In this document: in pieces, positions 33,551 through 44,600 of the stretch
Layout of the letters: the number at the start of each line of letters is the position of its first letter
Position numbering within the stretch: position 1 is the first letter of the stretch
From: Cyanidioschyzon merolae
Lineage: Eukaryota
NCBI GenBank assembly: GCA_000091205.1
Contig: AP006494.2
Strand: one strand, 5' to 3'
DNA: 64,000 bases
Made by a program: the position numbers and the translations under genes
Notes under the pieces: model-generated
What the model saw: only the letters and a program-made list of their open reading frames with translations
Told to the model about the DNA's origin: nothing
Databases searched by the model: none

Positions 33551-33764
33551 CGATGCTTCCGTTTTTACCAGCTCCGTGCCAAAAACTTCCCCAGAACAAT
33601 AAAGGTGTGATCACTCTGACGACTTGCTGAGAACCGCGCCCCTTGCAGGCGCTCGGCGATGCTTCCGTTTTTACCAGCTCCGTGCCAAAAACTTCCCCAG
33701 AACCATAAAGGTGTGATCACTCTGACGACTTGCTGAGAACCGCGCCCCTTGCAGGCGCTCGGCG
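33551..33764. repeat. Tandem duplication, about 107-bp unit x2, in the 3' flank of the AGC kinase gene
   Basis: gatgcttccgtttttaccagctccgtgccaaaaacttccccagaac[a/c]ataaaggtgtgatcactctgacgacttgctgagaaccgcgccccttgcaggcgctcggcg occurs twice head-to-tail with 1 mismatch. Confidence 0.85.
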
Positions 33765-35929
33765 CTGCGCTAGCTGTGCAGTCGCCGTCGACATACCGTA
33801 AGAGGAAGGCGTGGCCATGCCTACACGGGCTGCGCTTCCAGTCTCATCGCCGCGGTACCAGCATGACCTCGTCAACGGCACCGTTGCTACCGAGCGCGCT
33901 CAACGTCATCTCAGCGCTTTCTATGAGTGCACCAAGACAGAGCGGCAGCGATAGGCAATGAGACGGACCTTTCCATGAGGTACAGCACACGGTGCTGTGC
34001 TGCGCGTGGCCTGCATGCTCCCCAAAGACATAACTGGACAGAGGGTTTTTAGCGGCGCCAAGGTACAGCAAAGCACAGCAAAACGAGGCAAGGTACGGCT
34101 CTGTTGCAATGATGCCGAGCGAGCCGCGAAACGCGCTGGGAACGGTACAGTAGGCAAGCGGCGCGCGTGCTCCCCTATGCCCTAGTTATCGTAAAGTAGA
34201 ACACTGAAGTACTCGCTGTGTTCCCGCTTTTCAATTTTTCCAGAGTTGGTCTAGAAATACGGCATAGAAACTCGAAGTTCAGGAATGAATTCGAATGGAC
34301 GACTATGCAAATGTAGAATTCTTGAATGTTTTCTCGGAGTATTGTGTACGATGCTTTGCCACCGGAATTTGTTACGTAATCGTCATGATTCGCGTCGCAC
34401 TCGAACCCGGATTCGTAAAGTAACCGATATCGTTATGCGATGCTTGCGTACTAGCGTCGACTCATGTCCTGGCTGTAGGTGCAGCATGCCCAAATCAAGC
34501 ATTGTATGGAATTCGATCCTTCTGTTGCAAGGCCACTCGAGGCTGAAGCATCTTGCGCCGCCTAGTAGACGAGAAAAGCGAAAATGCTCGACTTCTTCTG
34601 TGAGCGACTTTATGACCTACTCATGCTGATAGCGTACTGAACGTCTCATGCCGAATACTCGATTCTGCTCGAAATACAAACGCTTTACACTGTCTGGTTA
34701 TTGATGAAATCGGAAATGAGCGCAGTATAACCATGCCTCTCACAGGGTATGTCGGTTGGGATCGTCTGTCTTCGGTTTGCACGGAAAATGGTCTTCGAAT
34801 TGCAGTTCAGTGAGCCTAGCGGTCAGTGGCTGTAGAGCGTGCATGTCGCTTCGCCTGAAACGAGCCTAAACGAATCGGAACTCCTCGACTTGATGTCTAA
34901 CCTGAATTTTCCTTACGATATGTGTTTAATCATGGATAACATCGTGTTCCATAAATCCTCTATCGAACGGAAATGCGCACACTTTCGCATATGCAGCGGA
35001 CCGGGCACCTGCCTTGGGGATCGCCTCGAAGAAGTCCTTGATCGTAGGACGCGGCACTCTGTGCGGATACAGAGGAAAACAGCGCTGGGAGCCTTGCGTT
35101 CACGTCAACCGCATGTACCGAGCGATGAAGCGCGCTGTCGTGCGACTCTGGGCGGCGCTCGGAGCCGCAGAAGGTCTAGTGCATCCCTGGGAGCACTTGA
35201 TCGCAGTCACTTGTCACCGCTGGAAAGCGCGCATGGAGACCGTCTGCATAGTAGGCGAAACAGGTGAACGAAACCTGGATCAGAACTTTTGCCTGTGCGA
35301 GGAACCCCCAGAGAACAACCGGAAGCGGCGGAAACGGGCTTTCATGCTGCGATCAGTATCCACGACTGATTCCAACAGAATTTGCGGGATAGGTAGGACC
35401 GGCGTATTCGAAGCGCGAGACAAGGGAGAGGAAAATGAACCGGTCGCAGAAAAAGCTTGCCATGGCTGGTGTTGATGACAATGCTGAGCGAGCCATACGT
35501 CAGTGTGTGTGTGTGTGCGCTCGTGCTATGTGAGAGCGCCCGTCCCACGGTATTCCGACATGAGTGTACGGCATGCAGGACGATACCGGAATGTTTTTTT
35601 CTGCGGTGAGAGGTCGACGCATCGATCCAGGGATCTGTAGCGAGTGCGATGCTCCTGCGTATCGATCGATGCAAACAGTGCGCGGGCCCAGTGCCCCCAG
35701 TGCTCTACGAACCATAGACCAGACTTCACTTTGTGAATAATGGTTTGTTCGCACGACCTTCCCAAGTATAGGTCCTACTGTGAGTGTCTAGAATGGCGCT
35801 AGTCGTAGCAGCAGCACTGCGGGCCGCTGAATGCAGACAGATCGGTTTCACGAGTCCCCGTCTGGCGCCCGCTCGAACGTCGATTCTCATCAGGGAAACG
35901 GATCACTACGGGCGCTATGAGATCGGCCT

Positions 35930-37350
35930 CAGAAGTTTTTGTCTTTCAACTCAGTTTCGTGGCAAGTCTGCTGCGGTGTGCAGTAGGCGGTTGAAATCTC
36001 CATGGAATGTACTGTACCGATCGTAGACGAATCGCCAATAGAATATGTTGTTTGCTGAACAGTGCACGGAGGGTTTCATTTCTCCATCGGATCAGTGATA
36101 CCACAATACCCATATGGTTGAGGAACACTGAACGAAGCAAGTACACGTGGTCTGCATTAAAACAACCGATATTCTCGAAGACTGCGACCTGTTAGTGGTA
36201 TAAACCAACCCACCGGACACGTTCCGGAAAGCGAAATGAACAATAGTAGGCAGCACGGGCGCCGCTTTTCTCAATTGCCTGTTCGCGTGATCCTGAAAAC
36301 ACTGGGATGCAGTCGGAATAAACTTCTGGTTCACGAACGGACATCTTCCACCAAAATCGGAACGAGAGCGTTCTCAGAATGTCGCGGTCGGTATGAAGCA
36401 GAGCATCATCGGTTTGTTTTACCGGTCGATGAGACTCGCTTCGGAAAAAGACGGTCCGAGCGTATATGGGTATTCGTGGCGGGGGCGCCCCCTTCTATGT
36501 ACAATCAAATTCGATGAGGACGATGACATCAACTGTCCTAGATGTAGTGGATTCTAGTGGCGGCCGCAGTTTCGCTCGTAGGCAAGGCTCACACAACAGC
36601 ATCTACATGCTTAAATCATTGAAGACATTTGCCTCTGACGTTTGATCACGTTCGTCCATTGGATATCGAGGCATCTCACTCTTCGCTTTACGTAACTGCA
36701 TTTGCTGCGCGTGCCGGAGGTAGAGCCGGTCTTTTCTTCCCTGTACGCCTAGTGCCTTAACTCCATCGACGGAGCGTTTCCATCGTGAAACGTAATGATC
36801 GCTCTAGTAGGCGAATCGTTGAAGCGTACATCACACGGTGACACGTTGACACATACCGTCTTTTACCAGCAAGTGCTTCTCCCTTTAGGATGGTTCTCAC
36901 CCAGGCACATAAATAAGTGCGTTCATTTTAGAAAAATAAGGGATGAGCTCGGACGTACATTTCAAAAGGTCGAGTTTGAGCAGAGGCAGTGGAGCGCTTC
37001 GGCTATAGAAAACTACGAAGCGCTGACCGAAGAGCAAATGGAAAGGAGGGCGAAAGCTCGTGGATTGCTTGCACCAGTGAGTACAACGAATGATGGCAAG
37101 AAACGTATGGAGTTCGTGAACCGAGACTTTAACGCCGCCATCAATATCAGGAGATGTGCCGTGGTGGAGCATAGACCTCCAGAGTGGACAAGAAGGTGTT
37201 TTGTTGGACAACCTCCCAAAGTCGAACTATATGAGAAAAAATTTGAAGCAGTAGAAGGTGGCCTGTCCCAAAAGACTGCAAGGCATCTGCACGTCAGTTG
37301 GCTACGTTTCCTCCAAGGCGCGTTGCCGCTACTACTGTGCACCGCTGGCG
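35930..37350 (+). mobile_element. Short copy of the TnpB/Fanzor-like element family with the best-preserved 3' module (ORF 36795-37436 carries intact RuvC-III KKRMEFVNRDFNAAINIRRCAV at 37122-37148); 5' part has an HTH-like ORF (36007-36195) and a middle ORF (36236-36517) in different frames
   Basis: RDFNAAINI exactly fits the TnpB/Fanzor RuvC-III consensus. The 5' end aligns with the 62.9 kb and 28.6 kb copies. The 3' end aligns with 10.8-11.2 kb of the long copy. It abuts the ChaN-like gene start. Confidence 0.45.
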
Positions 37351-37365
37351 ACGTTCGACTTTTGA

Positions 37366-38781
37366 ATGGCTATTGGCTGCATGGAGCAAACTCGAAAACG
37401 ACGGCGGACGGGATGTTTTCATACCCTCGGCTTTGACTGGAGACAAGCGCTCGCGACTGCCTTTATGCCACCAGAACCACGAGGCTTTTCCGCAGCCGCG
37501 TGCCAACGCGCAACACGTTGGCAGACGGTACAGCCTCGAGCTCGTCGACGGACGCTTTCAGAGCGTCGGCTACAAATGCTATACGTCAGCCGTCGAGAGT
37601 TTCTGTGGCAACTCGCAGCGGGCGCGGCAACGCTGGGCTTTCACAGTGTGAAAAAACCTGTGGCGCCAGCGGCTTCAAACTCGGCACCACCGGCGCCCGT
37701 GAATGGGCGCTTGGCACCACTGGGTGCTATCTTCGACACGATGATCGGCTCTTTTCTACCACCGCGACCTGAGCGACTCTTATCGAGGCGAATTCGGCAT
37801 AAAGGAGCACGCTCTGTTCTCTTGGTCGGGGAGACACACACGGACCGACAACACCATCGGGTGCAACTGGCGTTGCTGGACTCGTTTGTGAAGCATGTTC
37901 GAGGTCAGCGGAATGAGTCGATTGCAGGAGCTCCAATTGCGATCGGCATGGAGCATTTCTATCGGCAGCATCAAGTGCATCTGGATCGGTACATTGCGGG
38001 CAAGATTGAGCTACGACAGTTACTCGCTATTACTCGTTTCGAACTTACCTTTGGGTATAGCGCGCAACTTTGGCAGGATATTTTGGAGTATGCACGGGAA
38101 AACCGTATTCAGGTTGTTGGTCTCAATACTCCGTTCGAATTGGTGCAGCTGGTTGCCCACTACGGCCTGGATCACTTACCAGAACGTTTGTATGAAGTGC
38201 TTCCTCGCGATATGGATGTGCATGGTAATGCTGCACACCGTGAGCGTTTTATTCAGAGGATGAAAGCGTTGGGGGTGGAAGCGCATGGTCCACTCATTAA
38301 CGACGAGGCAGCACTGCAGCGAATGTATGAATCGCAGGTGCTCTGGGACGAATACATGAGCGAATCGGCGGCCTTGTGGCTAGAGCGGAACCCCCGCGGT
38401 CACTTGTGTATTTTTGCGGGTAATGGTCACGTCGAAGGCCGTGTTGGGATTCCAGACCGCCTGACTCGTCGTTCTGGGAGGCCGACCTTCACCGTCGTGC
38501 CGTATACGGTGCCGTTCCAATCAGACGGCTGGCCCGATATACCGCATCCCGGCAACAGAGATGTCGGAGATTGGCTCTGGTACCTGCCTGTAGGATCTGG
38601 GGGTGCCGAATCTGACGAATCGGACCCCAAGTCGCAGCGACAGCAACGGTTCGGGGAGCGTTTCGGCTATCGAATCGCACGCAGTACCGAGTCCGACATG
38701 AGACTGATGGGGCGAGGCGCAGCCAGAACCATTCAGAGAGGTACGCAGACGAAATCTGTGGACGAGCCGGACTGGGTATGA
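37366..38781 (+). CDS. ChaN/DUF399 (Tiki-superfamily, haem-binding-uptake-like) protein, 471 aa, with N-terminal R-rich extension followed by a twin-arginine motif; true start may be an internal Met (37465 or 37579)
   Basis: VLLVGETHTDRQHH and FAGNGHVEGRVGIP match the two GxxH signature blocks of the ChaN/Tiki fold. SRREFLWQLAAGAATLGF is a textbook Tat (S/T-R-R-x-F-L) signal. Confidence 0.55.
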   Translation: MAIGCMEQTRKRRRTGCFHTLGFDWRQALATAFMPPEPRGFSAAACQRATRWQTVQPRARRRTLSERRLQMLYVSRREFLWQLAAGAATLGFHSVKKPVAPAASNSAPPAPVNGRLAPLGAIFDTMIGSFLPPRPERLLSRRIRHKGARSVLLVGETHTDRQHHRVQLALLDSFVKHVRGQRNESIAGAPIAIGMEHFYRQHQVHLDRYIAGKIELRQLLAITRFELTFGYSAQLWQDILEYARENRIQVVGLNTPFELVQLVAHYGLDHLPERLYEVLPRDMDVHGNAAHRERFIQRMKALGVEAHGPLINDEAALQRMYESQVLWDEYMSESAALWLERNPRGHLCIFAGNGHVEGRVGIPDRLTRRSGRPTFTVVPYTVPFQSDGWPDIPHPGNRDVGDWLWYLPVGSGGAESDESDPKSQRQQRFGERFGYRIARSTESDMRLMGRGAARTIQRGTQTKSVDEPDWV

Positions 38782-39683
38782 ACGCGCGCGACTCGAGCTT
38801 TCGATAAGCGAAACAAGAGCAGCGCCACCAGACAGACTTGAGCAACTCGTCCTACCGGTTGTCAGCGTGGCACGGAGGACATGTTTATGGAGCCTTTCAC
38901 GGTGCATGCTAAGGAATCTAGCGAAACGTGACTAGCCTCTGGTAACTGCGGAGCGCTGGAGCGCCCAAGCGGTGTTGCGGCAGCGCAACAGCGCGCGCTT
39001 CGCACTGGATGAAACAGCTACGCGGGCGGCTGGATCGGTTCACCAGTCATACACACGCAAGACGATTGGAATCTTGGCTAGAAGCACGACGCTAGCGCAC
39101 ACATTGCAACGGATCAGGAGCTGTGCTTCATGACCCGTGATGGGTATGATTGATGACTCGAGCGGCCTGTGTAGACAGACATCCGACATAAGAGGGAACA
39201 AACGGGATACGAGGAAATCAAGTTCCAATGATTTGCAACTCCTATCCTGTGGAATCAGCTTTTCGCGCTCCTGCGTATACAGCCTGTCGATGCCCGCTCG
39301 GCGAAAAGGACCTGCAGAAAAGCAGCAGTGCGAAAGCGCGGGCGTGAAGCGTCACGACCTGGACATGACGCGCACGAATGACGACTTTGCTGGCAAGCCA
39401 GGCATGCTGGGTCCATCGCCTCTGATCCAGATCAGTCATCCATCGCGTTAAATATTTTTTTGTTGTTGTACGGGTAAATACATGATGCACAGTTACATGA
39501 TAATGCCGGCTTGCGTTCTTCTACATTCTGTGAAACAAACTGCACGGATTCCAGACGAGCGCAAGCGATGTCCATCCAGAGCCCAGCGGAGCGGATTGCA
39601 TCCTCCGGTGACGCGGACCAGTCTACGACGCAGTGGCGCTTGACGTGGCTCCATCGGCCTATCGAACATCTCCTGTAAGCAAT

Positions 39684-40736
39684 TCAGACTGGGAAGCCTA
39701 GCAGCGTCGCGACCTGAACTGCTAAATCACTGAACATGGTTTGCACGGCAGTGTCCTGCGCCATGCGACCTTGGTCGGCGGCCTCACAAAGTGTCTTGTT
39801 CAAAGGCAAGTGAGCGAGGACTTGTACGGAAGCGGCTTGTGCGAGCGCTGCGGCACGCTGTTCCGGCGCGCCGAAAACCTCCTCTTTATGCTGACACCGC
39901 GAGCACTCCACATATGCCATGTTCTCGACGATGCCGAGTACCGGTATCGAGAGGCGAGCAAGCGCCTCCAAGCCCCTGCGAACCTGAACCTCTACCAGCT
40001 GTGGCGGTGTGGTGACCAGAATCGCTCCCTGCACCTTGAGCTGTTGCGCCAAGGTCAGGAGAACGTCGCCGGTCCCCGGCGGGGTATCCACCACCAGAAT
40101 ATCAAGAGGCGCCCAGTCCACGTCGAAGAGCAGTTGCTGGACCGCTCTGGTGGCCACAGGTCCTCGCCATACCAACGCTTCGGTTGCTCGTTTCTGCAAA
40201 GCGGCCAGCCCGAATACTTTGAGCCCAGACTCGGTGACAAGAGGAACGAGTGGTCGACTCGTCTTGGGGTTGCGATCGCGGCTTGCTTGTGTGACGCTCG
40301 CCCGCAACAAGTGTAGAACCGATGGACCGTAAATGTCCGCGTCTAGGATCCCGCAACGTAGTCCAAGTCCCTGCTGCAACGCGCTTGCAAGACCCACTGC
40401 TACCGTAGACTTTCCCACACCGCCTTTGACGGCGCTCGAGAGCACAACCGCAGTCACGCCGGCAAGCACGCGTTTCTGGAACGGCCCGCTGACTGCAGCT
40501 CCCTGAGTCAAGTCTCGAAGCTGGAGAGGGGCGTGCCCGATCAAGCGTGAAAACACCGTGGTAGCTGGTGGCAGCCGCAGATATCGTGACAGCCAAGCCC
40601 GCTGCGTTGAGCAACCCCCGTACAAGTTCATGGGCTGGAGCGCTGGTACCCAGCAGGTGTTGCACGGGATACTGCGGACCCTGCTGGGCGCCCTGCTCGC
40701 GCCCTCAACCGCGCATAACCAGGCAGGGACGTGCAA
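39684..40736 (-). CDS. Mrp/NBP35-family P-loop Fe-S cluster carrier ATPase (Ind1/NUBPL- or HCF101-like), with N-terminal organellar presequence-like extension; likely start at internal Met
   Basis: Deviant Walker A SAVKGGVGKSTVAVGLASAL, GILDADIYGPS, and the C-terminal CxxC (VECSRCQHKEEVFG) that defines the Mrp/NBP35 family. Confidence 0.8.
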   Translation of the reverse strand: MHVPAWLCAVEGASRAPSRVRSIPCNTCWVPALQPMNLYGGCSTQRAWLSRYLRLPPATTVFSRLIGHAPLQLRDLTQGAAVSGPFQKRVLAGVTAVVLSSAVKGGVGKSTVAVGLASALQQGLGLRCGILDADIYGPSVLHLLRASVTQASRDRNPKTSRPLVPLVTESGLKVFGLAALQKRATEALVWRGPVATRAVQQLLFDVDWAPLDILVVDTPPGTGDVLLTLAQQLKVQGAILVTTPPQLVEVQVRRGLEALARLSIPVLGIVENMAYVECSRCQHKEEVFGAPEQRAAALAQAASVQVLAHLPLNKTLCEAADQGRMAQDTAVQTMFSDLAVQVATLLGFPV

Positions 40737-41688
40737 CGGACTGCCAGCACTAGCGATTACGTCCGTTTCATGAGCAGGACTGGAGTGGATCAGTTGTATG
40801 TTGCGATGGCTTTCGTGAAGCGACGAGCACTGTCGTACTCGCTTTCGTCAGATCTGGCTTTCTTGTTGCGAGACGAGAACCTCTGGGCCAGGCACGAAAT
40901 AAGCGGGAAGGAATTTACGTTTTCCGCCTATGTGTGGACGTTACCCAGCAGCATCTTGACCGGCGAGCGCATACAGAGCGGCGAAAGGGCAACTACGCAC
41001 GTGCGTCCGCGGGTGCACATAGGAGCTTGCGCGCGACGCTGTTAGCAGGTAGTGCACCCTCATGACGACGTTCGCATTGTCAAGGCGTCATCAGACTCGA
41101 TTCGTACACGCACACGAGAAACTGTATGGATATGAGCAGCGCTTTTCTGGGAACGCCACGCTGAACGAGCGGGGATATCGTTCGGTGTACCTCGGTGCTG
41201 GCCGCATCAACGCGCACGCTGCAAGGAACGGTTGCGTCCGGTGGTATTCATCATATGCAGATATCTACAGAATGAACATCTCGCACAGATGTTGAACCCT
41301 TTGGATCGCTTCTCCCTAGGTGAACCGGTCGCGTCGAGGCGCGGGTGTACACAAGCCGCACATCGAAACGTCAGCGTGCTAGAAGGGATGAACTGTTTTA
41401 CCTCAAAACTGATGCCCACGACTGCAGCACGCTGCCCAGTCTAAATACTCGACATGAAAAAGATCCATACGTCCAAGTGCCGTACCAGTAAACCTAGACG
41501 AGACTCGAAGAACAGCGCTGGTACACCATGCAACAAACGCTTGCGTCAAGGAAACCGAGTCGCAGCCTCTGCTCTGCTGCACATAGGTGGCGACGTCCAT
41601 TGTCGATACTCAAATCGTCCACGCTTTAAAAGAGCGCCTTCATGGAAGCTGATTGAACGGTGAAGCGCTTTGAGTGTTCGTGAACGTC

Positions 41689-44600
41689 CTACAGTCCAGA
41701 ACGCGACGTCTGTGACGCACTGTCCGAGCTCGACGCCACCGGGTGACGCCTGCTGGGGACGCTACTGCTCCGACCGCTGGTGGCGCTTCGTGCTCGACTA
41801 ACTCGAGCCATGTCGAGGTTCATCGCCTCGAGACTGTCCAGATTACGAAAGGAGAAATCGGAAAAAGCGGGATCTGCCAAGGTAAGCACGCATTGCGATT
41901 CACTCGATGAGGGTCTGTTTGCCTTGTAGCGTGCTCGTCGGCCAGATTTGGCAAGGTTCACATTCGGATCGCTATAACTCGCTTCTGGTGGCCTTTCCGA
42001 AGACGAAACCCCAGCGCTCGCCTGAACTGGTGCGCTGCCCTCGCGTCCTATATTGGAACGCGCTAGCGTAGCTCGTCGAAAAGGATCCACGGCGTTGTTG
42101 TTGTTGTTGTTGAAATCGTCGTCGTCGTCGTCGTCGTCGTCGTTCTCGATATCGCCCTCACTACACAGGTTCGAGTCGCTACTTGAATCTTCGAATAAAA
42201 GCATACCGTCGCTGGTATTCCAAACATTGCGCGTGGGTGTTGTTGCCGCAACAACTGCTACGCTCGTCGCGTCGCTACCACGCAAACGCACATTGGATGA
42301 ACGTAGAACGCTTGGACTGGTGCATACCGATGCCGATCGTTCTCGATTCTGTTCATCGGCGGACGTGCTGACCGACGGATCCCGTTCTGTTTCCGAAAGC
42401 CAGCCGCGTGTAGGCGCTCGTCGACGCAAACAATGCTGCAAGAGCTGCTCCCGGGAGCGTTGCCGTCGATTGCGTAGGGTCCGCATGTCGACGCGTCGCC
42501 ACCCTGTTTCCGTCGAGCAAGTCGCAGACGATGACCAGCTCGGTACTTCCGTCTGTTTCCAGTCCATTTCCGGATGCGAAGTTTCCGACTGAGTTCCAGC
42601 TGGCTCCGAAGGCATCGCCGAAGCCGCTGCACCAGTGTTCCCCGAGACTCCCACGGCATGAGGCGAATCCGGTACCGCGACGATTTGCGTCGCTCTACCC
42701 AAAGCGCCGTCGGAGTCAGTGCTTACGTCGCCTGTTCCTGCTATCGACGTCGCCTCTGAGAGCGTCTCCTGCCCCTGAGTGCGCGTCGTGTGAGCGATGG
42801 AGCAATCGGCGGATATCCGTTGCGTCTTGTCTGCATCGAGCTCATGCTCGGGTACCGTGTACGAGAGAGACCATCCCGGGCGGTGCCGATAGAGCCCGTC
42901 AGCGCATGGCGCATCTCGGACCTGATCCTCAATGCCTTCTGCCGAATCTGTTGCCTGGCTCGATGTTGTGATGCCGCTCACCACGATCTGGTCGCTTAGG
43001 GACGAGTTCTCCGCGTTCACTGCATGCAGCAACCGCTGCGGCATAGTTTCCGCTCCCGAACGGGACAAAGGCTCCATGGATACCCCTGCAAGCGCCGTAC
43101 CATCGCTCCAGCGACACGCTCGCTCTGCAACCAATACCGACTCGTTGTGTTCGCATGTCGTATCTATAGCACTTTGCTCTCGGACAGACGATGAAGATAA
43201 TACAGGGCGCTCGGCATCATGTGAAACGGCAGGCAAAGCCGGGATCCCCAGATCGAGCGCTCCCGATGCAGCACACGGCGACGAGCGCGGTGCCGGCTCT
43301 CGTATGCCGCCAGGCGCCGCTGGTGCTCTGGAGACACCGTAGCAGCACGCGCTGCTCGAGGTCGCAAGTGGCTCTGTGGAACAAACTTTCCCATATGTAG
43401 AACAGTGCATGCCGCACGCCGCAGTGCCCTCATCGGCGCTACGCCAGTCGCCATCCGTGGGATTTTCCCGCGGCCAGCAATCCGCCGTAGCGCACCAGCG
43501 CATCATGACCTTCTGTCCACCCTGTCGCATTTCAAGATGCGCTGCTACGTCACTCCAGCGAGGCTCCGAAGCGTGCACAGACTGTCCACCCTGTCGCATT
43601 TCAGGATGCGCTGCTACGTCACTCCAGCGAGGCTCCGAAGCGTGCAGAGCCTCGGATGACGCGATCGCTGCGGTGCGTGTCTCGGGGACACGCATCCGTG
43701 ACGACGACGACAACGACAACGGCACGGACGCAACATGCGACTTCGAGGCCGTCACCAGCAACGGCAATGCTTCTGCTCGTTCTACGTCGCCCAGGCCGTG
43801 CTCGCTAAGCGTTCTCATTAGTTTCTGGGTGCTCTCGTCGTCAGGAGAGAGCGATCCGACCGCTTTGCGCGACGAAAAGTAGCTGGTGTCATCGGCGGCA
43901 GCAAACTGGGGTACGAAAGCCGGTGGCTGATTCCTTACATGCTCAAAATCAACATCGCGGAAAAAGGGATGGGCTTTCACCTCTGCTGCACCACGAGCAC
44001 CCAGTCTTTTGGAGGGATCCGGCTCCAAAAGACGCTGAATGAGGTCACGTGCCTCGGCACTCATGGCCTCATCGACATCGTCAGGCCACTGGATTCGACC
44101 CGACAATATGTTCGAGAAGATGCCACGCACAGAGCTCGCGTGAAAGGCAGGGATGCCCACGAGGAGCTCAAAGAGGACAACACCGAGAGCCCACCAGTCC
44201 ACAGCGAAACCGTGACCCGTTCCCAGCAGCAGCTCGGGAGCCAAATAGTCGGGAGTGCCCAGCGGCGGCTCCACAGGTGCGACCACCGTGGTGCCGCCAA
44301 CCGGGCTACCCGATTGACTCTCGGTTGCCAACGTCTGAGGTGACGGAGAACGGACACCTCTGACTCCATTCGCCCACAAGTGCCCTGTGTGGCTCTCAAA
44401 CGGACCGGCATACCCAGATCCGCCAGTGCTCGCAGCAGCCGAAAACTGACCGCGTGCATCCGACGCTGTTAGGGTGTTTTGTCGCCCGGCTGTGCGTGTG
44501 CCAGCTTGTACGGAACTCGTGGTCGTGTCCACAAGACGCATATCCACGTCACGCTGCAGGGGTACTGTGGACGAGCCTCGCTGGGTCCTGACCTCGGAAC

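Noticed and set aside
36007-36517. Possible IS607-type serine-recombinase (TnpA) remnant in the short elements (MerR/Tc1-like HTH ISDTTIPIWLRN; RTSS and PVDETRFGKRRSE vaguely resembling the RVSS nucleophile and DRLxR motifs)
   Set aside because: The spacing between the putative motifs is far too short for a serine-recombinase catalytic domain, and the matches are weak. I record it only as a hypothesis for a profile search.
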